A stretch of 64,000 nt of DNA from Macrostomum hystrix (Eukaryota; Animalia; Platyhelminthes): assembly GCA_950097015.1 (NCBI GenBank), contig CATNEN010000038.1, positions 3,348,001 through 3,412,000 on the forward strand, given 5' to 3'. Numbering within the stretch: the first letter of the stretch is position 1; each line of letters starts with the position of its first letter. The notes under the pieces are model-generated. The model did no database searches and was not told the origin of the DNA. It saw only the letters and a list, made by a program, of their open reading frames with translations. Below, one piece after another: positions 15,424 through 28,969 of the stretch. The translations under genes and the position numbers were made by a program.

Positions 15424-18159
15424 TTAATTAATTTCTAGTGCCCACTATTATACCTGGAATGAGTTTGATGAATTAGCAGTTTACAACTTATAAACAGTTA
15501 AGGTTTTCAAGATTTTATTATAACATATGCAATGAAAAAAGTAACAGATAAAAATAATTTTATTCTAGGCCTATTGCTTTTTACAAGCAACTTTTACAAA
15601 ATATATTTTAATGCTTTGATCTATAGTATTAGCACATTGATAGGCAGGTCTATCTGATGATTTAGCAACCATAATCATTATTATAGCTACTTTTATTTTT
15701 TCTTTTAATAAAATTTTGTTTTAAGAATGCATTTATGCTAGGTTAAAAATAATTGCAGGGCTGTGGATACACAAAATTTGGTGCAATAGACCTACAACCA
15801 GTGAAAATGAATTTTGCTGACTTCTGAATATACAAACAGGTGCAAGTAAGGAGACTATTTTAACATTAGGAAGTGTGGCTAAACTTTCAATATTTACTTT
15901 TCACTCAATGTTGGTCACCAAAGGGGAAATTGGTATGACAAGCCTTTAAGCTAAGCCTAGCTTCTCTCTCTCTGGATATGCCCCAAATGAATTTGGCACT
16001 GACATAAAAATGCTTCTAAAGGACTTCAATGCGAGTCACCTATGTGTTAAACTACTCTGCTATTCAAACAAAAAAGTTAGGTCGACTTAAAAATAATGAT
16101 TTATTTAAGGATATACAGGCATACAGCTAGTTTCTAACAATGGATAGTAGAAGGAACTTATGATTTACTTAGATATAGTTAGCATAAACGTAGCTAGGTA
16201 ACTAGTGGACTGATCACTTCTTTGTTTCTGTCTTTATTAAAAATAACTAGTTATAATAAAGATTAATGAGTTGTTTTTTTAATAGACTTAACAATAAATA
16301 ATGCAACCCAGTTTATTAGTAGCTAGAAGGCCTAACAACACTTTGGGGGTGTTGAAATTTGCAAAATGTATTCTTTTGACATGCAATACATGTTCGTAAA
16401 TTTCATATTGTAATTCTGAAATAGCGGCAATAGCAAGTAGTCGTACAGTTTGCTTAGATGTGCCGAGTCTGATTGATGAATAGAAAGAGCGTGGCATTCT
16501 AAGGAAAACTGTTTTTTTAGTTTTAAAAAGCTAGCAACTTTGCCTAATTAAACATGAGCGATGCTTTTTAAGCAGTTCTTAAAAGAAGAATTGGTCTGAA
16601 AACTAAGGTAAGTATTCGGTTGCAGAAACTATCGTCATTAAAATTTTGTTATTTTGTGTGTACATTACGACATCATATATAGTAAGTTACACATTTTCTA
16701 CCATTTCGTGCAGCCTTACTTGACGCTTTATCGGGTCACTTTGGTTTATTATTTATCAAGCATCATTAGCAAAGTAAATAAATCATCCGGATTTTCGGCC
16801 AGTTTTAAACTTTTGGATTTTATTTCTAGAAAGTAGATTCAGTTAATATAAAAAATTCTATAAAAAAATATATTTCTGTTTATTGGATTTTATTGGCGCA
16901 AAAACAACTTAAGCAAGGCAGGGTTTTTATAAATCACCTGAAAATTGGAATTTTAAGTTCAGTTTTTTAAAGTCTATGAAAAATACGGTCATTCTCTTTT
17001 TATCTTGAAATTGGCAGAAGCAGAACCGTATAATTTAAACGTTATAAAGCAGAAGCAGAAACTCATAATTTAAACGTTATAAAGTCTTATCCATTGCATT
17101 GAAACTGAATTCTTAATAGTGTGCAAGAGACTCTATAATAATTTGTAAGTACGATTTATACTGTACATGCTTTACAAATAATTGCCACCCGTCGATGCAT
17201 GGAATTCCTACAAACTTATACCCCATTTGTGCATGCATGCGTATACGAGCGCACATATAATATGGTGCATAACAGCTTAAAGCATGAACATTTTGGAATA
17301 GAAAATTTAATGTGTTGGTGGAATCAGGATTGTGCAAAAACGTAATTGATCATATAATAAAGCTCGTTACGCTATTAAAAATATTGTACCAACTGGAATG
17401 TAAATACGAATGTTGATAACGGATGGAGGGGGGTTTATTAAATCAATATGATTAGGAATACAGATGTATCTACACTAAACAAATGCACATATAGTGGATT
17501 CATAAGATATTTAGGATAAGAAGAAGCGCACGCAGACTGCAAGTTCGCATGTGTGGCTGCAGCTATACTAGTATACTAGCCGCTGAATTTTGGGAAGAAA
17601 ACACACAGCTAACTGTAGCAGTGCATGGCGTAATACATTTAGTATTCCAATTCCCCACAAGTAAAGTACTCGTATATTAGCTGGCCTCTCATCGTCCCGC
17701 TAAACAGCGATGCCGATAGCGAAGTAATATTTTTTCACAGACTGCATTGTGTTTGCCCGCGGCTAAGGCAAGATAAGAATTGCCTATAGTTTCTATGATT
17801 TTATGGTAAGTTAATTTAATTCCCCCCCTACAGTTCCGTGCAGATCTTCTCTGTGGAGCCGGGCCAATAGCAAATAGGCACGGCATTTGGTGAAGAAGCA
17901 TTCTTAGAGGATTAAATTACTGCATGTACGAGCCAAATTAGACAAGCCAAAATGAACCTGTTTACCTGTCTCGCACGCACATGTGTCACCTACTACCCAA
18001 GATAAGAGGTACATCTGAAAATACGACACATCAGATACGTTTACTGAGAGGTAAGCTGACATGTAAATACGAGCCAATCGTAGTTAATTAATAAAAATAC
18101 GAGCCATTCAGGTCAATACAAGAAGATAACCTGATTCACAGATAAAAAGCCATATAACC

Positions 18160-19683
18160 GGAATCGCAACTAGAGAGACACAGTCAGAATCGCAGCTACA
18201 GCCAGAATCGCAACTAAAGAGCCGTTGCCAGAATCGCAGCTAGAAAGCCATATGGCAAGAATCGCAGCTAGAGAGACAGCTAGAATCGGAGATAGTGTAA
18301 CAGCTAGAATCGCAGCTAGAGAGACAGCTAGAATCGGAGCTAGTGTAACAGCTAGAATCGCAGCTAGAGAGACACAGCCAGAATCGCAGCTAGAGAGACA
18401 CAGCCAGAATCGCAGCTACAGCCAGAATCGCAACTAAAGAGCCGTTGCCAGAATCGCAGCTAGAAAGCCATATGGCAAGAATCGCAGCTAGAGAGACAGC
18501 TAGAATCGGAGATAGTGTAACAGCTAGAATCGCAGCTAGAGAGACAGCTAGAATCGGAGCTAGTGTAACAGCTAGAATCGCAGCTAGAGAGACACAGCCA
18601 GAATCGCAGCTAGAGAGACACAGCCAGAATCGCAGCTAGAGAGACACAGCCAGAATCGCAGCTAGAGAGACACAGCCAGAATCGCAGCTAGAGAGACACA
18701 GCTAGAATCGCAGCTAGAGAGACAGCCAGAATCGCAGCTAGAGAGACACAGCTAGAATCACAGCTAGAGAGACAGCCAGAATCGCAGCTAGAGAGACAGC
18801 CAGAATCACAGCTAGAGTGATACAGCTAGAATCGCAGCTAGAGAGACACAGCTAGAATCGCAGCTAGAGAGACACAGCTAGAATCGCAGCTAGGGAGACA
18901 CAGCCAGAATCGCAGCTAGAGAGACAGCCAGAATCACAGCTAGAGAGACACAGCCAGAATCGCAGCTAGAGAGACAGCCAGAATCGCAGCTAGAGAGACA
19001 GCCAGAATCACAGCTAGAGAGACACAGCTAGAATCGCAGCTAGAGAGACACAGCCAGAATCGCAGCTAGAGAGACAGCCAGAATCACAGCTAGAGAGACA
19101 CAGCTAGAATCGCAGCTAGAGAGACACAGCTAGAATCGCAGCTAGAGAGACAGCCAGAATCGCAGCTAGAGAGACAGCCAGAATCACAGCTAGAGAGACA
19201 CAGCTAGAATCGCAGCTAGAGAGACACAGCTAGAATCACAGCTAGAGAGACACAGCTAGAATCACAGCTAGAGAGACAGCCAGAATCACAGCTAGAGAGA
19301 CACAGCTAGAATCGCAGCTAGAGAGACACAGCCAGAATCACAGCTAGAGAGACACAGCTAGAATCACAGCTAGAGAGACAGCCAGAATCACAGCTAGAGA
19401 GACACAGCTAGAATCACAGAGCTAGAGTGATACAGCTAGAATCGCAGCTAGAGAGACACAGCTAGAATCACAGCTAGAGAGACACAGCTAGAATCACAGC
19501 TAGAGAGACACAGCTAGAATCACAGCTAGAGAGACACAGCTAGAATCACAGCTAGAGAGACACAGCTAGAATCGCAGCTAGAGAGACACAGCCAGAATCA
19601 CAGCTAGAGAGACACAGCTAGAATCGCAGCTAGAGAGACACAGCTAGAATCGCAGCTAGAGAGACACAGCTAGAATCGCAGCT
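18160..19683. repeat. 24-26-bp minisatellite (GCTAGAATCGCAGCTAGAGAGACACA)n with a 220-bp higher-order duplication at its left end
   Basis: Tandem copies; ORFs at 18225 and 18445 are identical and 220 bp apart. Confidence 0.96.
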
Positions 19684-20004
19684 TGCTGGAGTGCACAGTG
19701 AAAGCTGCTCACATATTTAACAAAGGAATAGAGTCGCAGGCGCGCAGCTATCTCACCCCCTCGTAAGCAGTGCTTTACATAACTGTACATTGGACACCTG
19801 CCCGAATCTTTCTACCTTAATGCACACATATGCAGAAAAAAGTTCAGCTCGTGGTCGGGTCGACTCAAAGTAGCTGCTCTTTAGAGCTTGGCTTCAATTT
19901 ACTGTCTATTTTAAATTCGTCTTTTCCAAGCTTCCTATCAAATGTACTTGCATTCGATTAATTTTAGCCTTCAAAAGCATTTTAGCGGTTAATTAGAAGA
20001 AAGC

Positions 20005-23000
20005 ATGGCCGCGAAGGCAATGATCCAGAGTCACCTGTGGACGCTTCTGCTGCTGAATTTGGCAGATATCTTCACTCAGCGATGCTTAGGTTTGTGTCTG
20101 TTCACTTATTCATTTCTTTTTAGCTATACTCTAGAAGCAAGTGTATGAGCCAGAATCGCAGCTGGAGCTACTAGAATCGCAGCTGGAGCATTGCTAGAAT
20201 CGCAGCTGGAGCATTGTTAGAATCGCAGCTGGAGCATTGCTAGAATCGCAGCTGGAGCATTGCTAGAATCGCAGCTGGAGCATTGCTAGAATCGTAGCTG
20301 GAGTATTGCTAGAATCGCAGCTGGAGCATTGCTAGAATCGCAGCTGGAGCATTGCTAGAATCGCAGCTGGAGCATTGCTAGAATCGCAGCTGGAGCATTG
20401 CTAGAATCGCAGCTGGAGCATTGCTAGAATCGCAGCTGGAGCATTGATAGAATCGCAGCTGGAGCATTGCTAGAATCGCAGCTGGAGCTACTAGAATCGC
20501 AGCTGGAGCTACTAGAATCGCAGCTGGAGCATTGTTAGAATCGCAGCTGGAGCATTGCTAGAATCGCAGCTGGAGCATTGCTAAAATCGTAGCTGGAGTA
20601 TTGCTAGAATCGCAGCTGGAGCATTGCTAGAATCGCAGCTGGAGCTACTAGAATCGCAGCTGGAGCATTGCTAGAATCGTAGCTGGAGTATTGCTAGAAT
20701 CGCAGCTGGAGCATTGCTAAAATCGTAGCTGGAGTATTGCTAGAATCGCAGCTGGAGCATTGCTAGAATCGCAGCTGGAGCTACTAGAATCGCAGCTGGA
20801 GCATTGCTAGAATCGCAGCTGGAGCATTACTAGAATCGCAGCTGGAGCTACTAGAATCGCAGCTGGAGCATTGTTAGAATCGCAGCTGGAGCATTGCTAG
20901 AATCGCAGCTGGAGCATTGCTAAAATCGTAGCTGGAGTATTGCTAGAATCGCAGCTGGAGCATTGCTAGAATCGCAGCTGGATCTACTAGAATCGCAGCT
21001 GGAGCATTGCTAGAATCGTAGCTGGAGTATTGCTAGAATCGCAGCTGGAGCATTGCTAAAATCGTAGCTGGAGTATTGCTAGAATCGCAGCTGGAGCTAC
21101 CAGAATCGCAGCTGGAGCATTGTTAGAATCGCAGCTGGAGCATTACTAGGATCGCAGCTGGAGCTACTAGAATCGCAGCTGGAGCATTGTTAGAATCGCA
21201 GCTGGAGCATTACTAGGATCGCAGCTGGAGCTACTAGAATCGCAGCTGGAGCATTGTTAGAATCGCAGCTGGAGCATTACTAGGATCGCAGCTGGAGCAT
21301 TGCTAGAATCGCAGCTGGAGCATTGTTAGAATCGCAGCTGGAGCATTGCTAGAATCGCAGCTGGAGCATTGCTAAAATCGTAGCTGGAGTATTGCTAGAA
21401 TCGCAGCTGGAGCATTGCTAGAATCGCAGCTGGATCTACTAGAATCGCAGCTGGAGCATTGCTAGAATCGCAGCTGGAGCATTGCTAAAATCGTAGCTGG
21501 AGTATTGCTAGAATCGCAGCTGGAGCTACCAGAATCGCAGCTGGAGCATTGTTAGAATCGCAGCTGGAGCATTACTAGGATCGCAGCTGGAGCTACTAGA
21601 ATCGCAGCTGGAGCATTGTTAGAATCGCAGCTGGAGCATTACTAGGATCGCAGCTGGAGCTACTAGAATTGCAGCTGGAGCATTGTTAGAATCGCAGCTG
21701 GAGTATTGCTAGAATCGCAGCTGGAGCATTGTTAGAATCGCAGCTGGAGCATTGTTAGAATTGCAGCTGGAGTATTGCTAGAATCGCAGCTGGAGTATTG
21801 CTAGAATCGCAGCTGGAGCATTGCTAGAATCATAGCTGGAGCATTACTAGGATCGCAGCTGGAGCTACTAGAATCGCAGCTGGAGCATTGCTAGAATCAT
21901 AGCTGGAGCATTACTAGGATCGCAGCTGGAGCTACTAGAATCGCAGCTGGAGCATTGTTAGAATCGCAGCTGGAGCATTACTAGAATCGCAGCTGGAGCT
22001 ACTAGAATCGCAGCTGGAGCATTGTTAGAATCGCAGCTGGAGCATTGCTAGAATCGCAGCTGGAGCAATGGTCAGATGCTCTAACAACAACTATGAAAAC
22101 GCGCGCAGATTAATATTAGGAAATATTTATGAATTTGGAAATATTAATCCTGTGCATGTTTTGCTACCTGAGGTTTATATATAACCAGCTTATAGAATAA
22201 AGGGACCGTACACCAATTCTCAGTGTCAAGCCAGGAGTCACTGAGCTGTCAGTCCTGCGTGTTCTACGCGAACATCGACATGCCGATCAACAATCCGCTG
22301 TGCGCATCGGGCCGGAACGTCAGTTCAAAGACGTGCGCCGCAAGAGAAGCGTGCCAGGTGAGGCGGTCCGTCTGTTCTTTGGAATATCCCATTGGGATAT
22401 TGTGATTTGTTCTAAAGCGTTAATTATTACGATACGCTCATACAAGGGTGCGTTACGATTTATGATTTTGTGGTTTAAGTGTTGGTGTTGTGGCACTTGC
22501 GTGGTGTTTTTGCTTCAAGGGTCGTGTTGTGTTTCAAGGTTGCTGTCGTGGTTCAATGTTGCTGTCGTGGTTCGAAAATGGTGTTGTGGTTCAACTAAAG
22601 GGCCTGGTGTTGTGGTTCAAGGGCCTGGTGTTGTGGCTCAAGGGCCTGGTGTTGTGGTTCAAAGATGGTGTTGTAGTTCAAGGGCCTGGTGTTGTGGTTG
22701 AGCCTGGTGTTGTGGTTCAAGGGCCTGGTGTTGTGGTTCAAAGATGGTGTTGTGGTTCAAGGGCCAGGTGTTGTGGCTCAAGGGCCTGGTGTTGTGGTTC
22801 AAAGATGGTGTTGTGGTTCAAGGGCCTGGTGTTGTGGTTCAAGGGCCAGGTGTTGTGGCTCAAGGGCCTGGTGTTGTGGTTCAAGGGTCTTGTGTTGTGG
22901 TTCAAGGGCATGGCGTTGTGGTTCAAGGGCCTGGTGTTGTGGTTCAAGAGCCTGGTGTTGTGGTTCAAGGGCCTGGTGCTGTGGTTGAGCCTGGTGTTGT

Positions 23001-25875
23001 GGTTCAAGGGCCTGGTGTTGTGGTTCAAGGGCCTTGTTTTGTGGTTCAAGGGCATGGTGTTGTGGTTCAAGGGCCTGGTGTTGTGGTTCAAAGATGGTGT
23101 TGTGGTTCAAGGGCCTGGTGTTGTGGTTCAAGGGCCAGGTGTTGTGGCTCAAGGGCCTGGTGTTGTGGTTCAAGGGTCTTGTGTTGTGGTTCAAGGGCAT
23201 GGCGTTGTGGTTCAAGGGCCTGGTGTTGTGGTTCAAGAGCCTGGTGTTGTGGTTCAAGGGCCTGGTGTTGTGGTTCAAGAGCCGGGTGTTGTGGTTCAAG
23301 GGCATGGTGTTGTGGTTCAAGGGCCTGGTGTTGTGGTTCAAGAGCCTGGTGTTGTGGTTCAAGGGCCTGGTGTTGTGGTTCAAGAGCCGGGTGTTGTGGT
23401 TCAAGGGCATGGTGTTGTGGTTCAAGGGCCTGGTGTTGTGGTTCAAGGGTGTGGTGTTGTTGCTCTTGTGTGTTGCGGTAGTGCGTTACACTTCATTTGC
23501 GTGTCCGAAACCAAAGCTCAAACCAGTCATCCTGGACGGCGCACGCAGGTCACATTCCTTCAGGACTCCAACAGTTCAATAGTACATGCAGCTAGGAGCT
23601 GCCAGAAGCCCATAGTGCCAGGTCGAGCCGTAGTTTTCAACGCAAGGACCACAATGTACTGCCCCAGCAGCGGCTGCAACAACAACTGGCTGGGCGAGCC
23701 GACCCGCGGTCCGGCCAGCGGCAGCTCTCACCTGCACTGCTGGGTTGGCTACGGCAAGAGCATCGACGACTTTAAACTGCTGCCGTGTAGCGACAGAGTC
23801 ATCCGGCTTGTGAAGGCCATGACGGCAGGCAACAGCACGAGCCAGCGGCTGACTGCGGTGTGCCAGCTGGCTGTGAGTCCAATGCACTGTGTGTAATGCT
23901 TCTCATATGCCACTGCCTTAGAATGTGCCCTCAGTGTCAGCAGTATCAGCACGGAATTACCAGCAGCCTCTCCCACTCTTGAAAACAGCTTCGGCCTTTC
24001 ATCTCAGATTGTCAATGCAAAGAACCGCATGCTTGTCCGAATGACTTACTAGCAATTGCAGCATCTGCGTCAAACCATCAGTGACCCAAGGCCTTAAGAC
24101 ACAATGGAATGGTCAGTCATACCCTTGCAAACTGTCAAATGAATACTTCAAAAGACTTTAAGGACTTAAAAAAGTGCCTCCCAAGTGTGCGTGTTGGTTG
24201 AAAAACGTCTTTAGCAACCACGGAACTGACCCGCAATTTACATGCTTGACAGTTGGTGTCTGTGTGCGTATAGGTATGGCATCCTTGATCCGGAGCGGGA
24301 CATTGCTACATGCGTGTACCGCCGCAGCTCTGGTCTCTGGTGACATTCTTCAGTTTTTCTGTTCGCTTTGGAATGGAACATTTTCGGAGATCCATTGACT
24401 ACCATTGTATCCGTTGAACACTAATCACAAGAAATTGCGACAAATGAATTGGTTTCAGTGAAACTATAAACATATTTTAGACAGTACTATCGACTGTTGG
24501 ACATTGTCATGCCATGAAAACTTACGCGTACATCCCGATTTAGATAATAACATAATCTAGCATAGTGAAATAAATAGTGAAAACACCTGCATAGTACACC
24601 TTGTACTTTTATAACTCTGCGGAAATTTAAATAGGAAAAATGGGGCAGACTCTCAGATTCTGACAAAAACTCGATGCAATGGCCAGCCAAAGTCTAATAT
24701 TAAAGAAAAAACTAATTTGGCAAGCCTGTTTCAACATCCCAAGCGTACAAAATCGCATGAAAAGTGCTGTTTACATCGGCCCTCGCACCATTAGCCTTGT
24801 CCGCGTGTCGGCCGATGCACGCATAACAAAATTCTGTTTTCATGCCAGCAACCCTTTTTTGAAGGCCTACGCGGCACTTTTCACGGAACGGAGACCCATT
24901 TGGGCATGGGCCAGCAACAGGAGCGCCTTCGACCATCTTGTCTTGTCTTTGAAGAAGCAGCCTCGGTTACTAGGGGGCTAGTCTTTCTCCCGGTTTGAAT
25001 TCTTTAAAAGATAGAGCGGGGCAAACAAGAAAACATTCTGTTTGACATTTCGCAGCCCGTTAAAAACTCAGCTGCCACTGTACCTTTAAATGGTAGTTCT
25101 TGCCCTAGTTAGCGGAGCCGAGACGGTTTCTGGGTGGCCCTGTTGGCAGCACCCACAGTGCATAACTGACCTTTCGAACTTGCTTGCTAAATATAAAAAG
25201 GTTGATTGTCTGTGGGCTCAGTTGCTAAATCAGGAAGATAAACTTAGAGGGAGTCGTAGCCAAAAACGTTTTGAATAACGTCATCAATTGCTTACATTTT
25301 TTAAATGACCTCCTTACTTGCCAAAACATTTTTGTGACGTCATCACTTGCCTAAATCTTTTAAATGACGTCATCAGTTGCCAAAAACTTTTTTGTGACGT
25401 CATCACTTGCCTAAATCTTTTAAATGACGTCATAAGTTGCCAAAAACTTTTTGTGACATCATTAGTTTGCCAAAAACGTATGACGTCACCAATAGATTTC
25501 AAGTTAATGACGTCATCAGCATAGCTAAATTACATGACGCCCCTGCACCCAAACACGCAGCAACTAACGCGGCAGATCACATACAAAGGGAGGCCATTCG
25601 AATCGACTCTATACCTGGCCGACTGTACGCCCCATGCCACAGGTGTCTATGGCCGCAACTATCCGATGTTCGAGTACGAACGAGTCTGCAGCGAACCCGG
25701 CTGCAATGCGGGCGCGGCGGCGGCAAAGTTTCAGGACGGCGTCATGCTGCGAATGCCGGCCCGCACCGTTGGTGGCTTCGCATGCGCCACTAAGGCTGTG
25801 GCAGCAACTTGGGTTGCATCTGCGACGGCTTGCTGGCTGATCGTACGCAGCGCGGCCACCGTGTTGCTATGGTGA
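20005..25875 (+). CDS. Secreted, probably GPI-anchored protein with two Ly6/uPAR (three-finger)-like domains
   Basis: Exons 20005-20089 (signal peptide MAAKAMIQSHLWTLLLLNLADIF), 22224-22357 (LSCQSC...C...C...C), 23549-23872 (RSC...MYCPSSGCN...LHCW...), 25576-25875 (...RVCSEPGCN, then small residues and a hydrophobic C-terminus). Phases 1, 0, 0 are consistent. Two CxxxxCN ends are typical of LU domains. Confidence 0.75.
20148..22068. repeat. 21-23-bp minisatellite (GCTAGAATCGCAGCTGGAGCATT)n
   Basis: About 85 copies filling intron 1 of the Ly6-like gene. Confidence 0.97.
22580..23460. repeat. 21-bp minisatellite (GGTTCAAGGGCCTGGTGTTGT)n
   Basis: Fills intron 2 of the Ly6-like gene; source of many overlapping ORFs. 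Confidence 0.96.
25275..25520. repeat. 30/60-bp repeat carrying TGACGTCA palindromes
   Basis: TGACGTCA at 25335, 25365, 25395, 25425, 25481 and 25508. Confidence 0.85.
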
Positions 25876-26169
25876 CGCAATCTAGCACGAGCAGCTTTGT
25901 TATTACATTATTTAGTATTTAGTTCTTTTTCTGTTTTTTTTTCGCAATATATACTATATTAGCCGAGAGACCACTAAAGTATATGTTAAGAAGCCGAAAT
26001 CTTAACTGGTAAAATATATTCTGATAACAAAACGACAATTAGCAAGATATTTTAATCTGTCTAAATAAACTAATGTTTCAGTTTATTCGTTGATTTGAAA
26101 ATAGAAGTCAGTTTATGACTTCTATTTTCAAATCAACTAATTCTTGATACATTTACACGGCTTCACAAT

Positions 26170-27452
26170 GCTACCTGTCTGGTGTGAGACTGAGCAACCT
26201 GTCTGGTGTGAGACTGAGCAACCTGTCTGGTGTGAGACTGAGCAACCTGTCTGGTGTGAGACTGAGCAACCTGTCTGGTGTGAGACTGAGCAACCTGTCT
26301 GGTGTGAGACTGAGCAACCTGTCTGGTGTGAGACTGAGCTACCTGTCTGGTGTGAGACTGAGCTACCTGTCTGGTGTGAGATGTGAGCTACCTGTCTGGT
26401 GTGAGATGTGAGCTACCTGTCTGGTGTGAGACTGAGCTACCTGTCCTGGTGTGAGATTGAGCTACCTGTCTGGTGTGAGATTGAGCTACCTGTCTAGGGT
26501 GAGATTGAGCTACCTGTCTGGTGTGAGATTCAGCTACCTGTCTGGTGTGAGATTGAGCTACCTGTCTGGTGTGAGACTGAGCAACCTGTCTGGTGTGAGA
26601 CTGAGCAACCTGTCTGGTGTGAGACTGAGCAACCTGTCTGGTGTGAGACTGAGCAACCTGTCTGGTGTGAGACTGAGCAACCTGTCTGGTGTGAGACTGA
26701 GCAACCTGTCTGGTGTGAGACTGAGCAACCTGTCTGGTGTGAGACTGAGCAACCTGTCTGGTGTGAGACTGAGCTACCTGTCTGGTGTGAGACTGAGCTA
26801 CCTGTCTGGTGTGAGATGTGAGCTACCTGTCTGGTGTGAGACTGAGCTACCTGTCTGGTGTGAGACTGAGCTACCTGTCTGGTGTGAGATGTGAGCTACC
26901 TGTCTGGTGTGAGATGTGAGCTACCTGTCTGGTGTGAGACTGAGCTACCTGTCTGGTGTGAGATTGAGCTACCTGTCTGGTGTGAGATTGAGCTACCTGT
27001 CTAGGGTGAGATTGAGCTACCTGTCTGGTGTGAGATTCAGCTACCTGTCTAAGGTGAGATTGAGCTACCTGTCTGGTGTGAGACTGAGCAACCTGTCTGG
27101 TGTGAGACTGAGCAACCTGTCTGGTGTGAGACTGAGCAACCTGTCTGGTGTGAGACTGAGCAACCTGTCTGGTGTGAGACTGAGCAACCTGTCTGGTGTG
27201 AGACTGAGCAACCTGTCTGGTGTGAGACTGAGCAACCTGTCTGGTGTGAGACTGAGCAACCTGTCTGGTGTGAGACTGAGCTACCTGTCTGGTGTGAGAC
27301 TGAGCTACCTGTCTGGTGTGAGATGTGAGCTACCTGTCTGGTGTGAGACTGAGCTACCTGTCTGGTGTGAGATTGAGCTACCTGTCTGGTGTGAGATTGA
27401 GCTACCTGTCTGGTGTGAGACTGAGCTACCTGACTGGTGTGGGATTGAGACA
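26170..27452. repeat. 24-bp minisatellite (GTGTGAGACTGAGCWACCTGTCTG)n
   Basis: About 53 copies with an internal ~507-bp higher-order duplication (identical ORFs at 26558 and 27065). Confidence 0.97.
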
Positions 27453-27747
27453 CGTACTGAGGTAACAGTGCAGTATGATTATAAGCTGACAGCCCAGAGT
27501 TTGACTAAATATTGGAAACAAATTATAGCGGTAAGAATTATTTGATCTAAATTTTTAGCGGCATTTGGTTGATAAATTCATAGTGCTTAAATTTGCCAGC
27601 ATTTTATTTAGCTAATAATGAAATAGAATCGAAATTGCGCAGAATAAAAATACTAATCCAACAGGCGATGATAAAAAGCGAAACGCTGGACATCATAAAG
27701 ATCTGAAAAACATGCAGTCATTTCAATACTTAGCACAAGTATCAGCG

Positions 27748-28932
27748 CTATACCATCTGTGCCAGCAGCTTGTCTGCCACGGTCTTCGCAAGCTGTTGAG
27801 CTGGCGCGGCCAGCGCCTCCGGCATCGCCGCCCGGCCTTCGTCCATGCAGGCGGCGAGAGCCGGGTCGATGGGCAGGCAGCCCAGGAATGGCAGGTCCTT
27901 GGCCCTGGCCAGCTCCTGACCGCCTCCGCTTGAGAAAACATTTGAGCAGTGTGAGCAGTGCGGGCAGGCGTAGCCGCTCATGTTCTCAATTAGGCCCAGC
28001 ACGGGCAGGCCGGTCTTCACACAGAAGCCCAGCTCCCGACGGACATCGCCCACGGACACCAGCTGGGGCGTGGTGACCAGGACCGCTCCGCGGCGGCGGC
28101 AAGCTGACCCCAATGGTAGGGCCTCCAACACGGCCAGGTGCTCGTCTGAGGTGCCCGGAGGTGTGTCCACCTGGGTTCGGTTGTTTTACGCACCGCGGTG
28201 ACGGGAAAAATGAGTTTATCTGACATTATGGCATTGGTCTGACATCCCATGGCATTGGTCTGACATCCCATGGCATTGGTCTGACATCCCATGGCATTGG
28301 TCTGACATCCCATGGGAGTTGGTCTGACATCCCATGGCATTGGTCTGACATCCCATGGCATTGGTCTGACATCCCATGGCATTGGTCTGACATCCCATGG
28401 CATTGGTCTGACATCCCATGGGAGTTGGTCTGACATCCCATGGCATTGGTCTGACATCCCATGGCATTGGTCTGACATCTCATGGCATTGGTTTGACTCG
28501 TTCCTTACTCACCACCAGGTAGTCCAATCGTTGCCAGTGCACGTCGCGCACAAACTGACCAACCATGGCCGTTTTCTTAGGGCCGCGCCAGATCACCGGA
28601 TCGTCCCGACCCTCCAGCAGGAAGCCGATAGACATCACAAGCAGCTCGGCTTCGGCTGCCGTCGGGTCGACATCGTCGACAGCTGCTGCTGACCGTGGCA
28701 GCTTGACATGCACGGGAACCCAGCCCTCCGGGCACTGGTGCACGCGCTGTCCCGTTAGGCCCAGCATCCTGGGGACATTGGGCCCGCACAGGTCAAGGTC
28801 AAGCAGACCAACCCGGTAGCCGCACTGGGCCAGCGCCAGGGCCAGCTGTACGCTCACTGTTGACTTGCCGACACCGCCCTTGCCTGACAGGACGAGCAGC
28901 GCAGTGTCGATCTGGCAGGCTCCGGCGGACAT
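27748..28932 (-). CDS. NUBP2: Cytosolic Fe-S cluster assembly factor NUBP2/Cfd1
   Basis: Exons 28932-28513 and 28170-27748: deviant Walker [52 protein letters not shown]. No N-terminal 4-Cys extension, so Cfd1-type rather than Nbp35-type. Confidence 0.93.
28225..28495. repeat. 21-bp minisatellite (CATCCCATGGCATTGGTCTGA)n in the NUBP2 intron
   Basis: Tandem copies. Confidence 0.95.
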
Positions 28933-28969
28933 TTTCAATTAGCTGAATGGCCAGCGGATATGAGAAAAA

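Noticed and set aside
23950-24990. Coding-like, Cys-containing sequence in Ly6-like intron 3, possibly a decayed transposase
   Set aside because: Multiple stops in all frames and no motif I can assign; a tBLASTn/HMM search would be needed.
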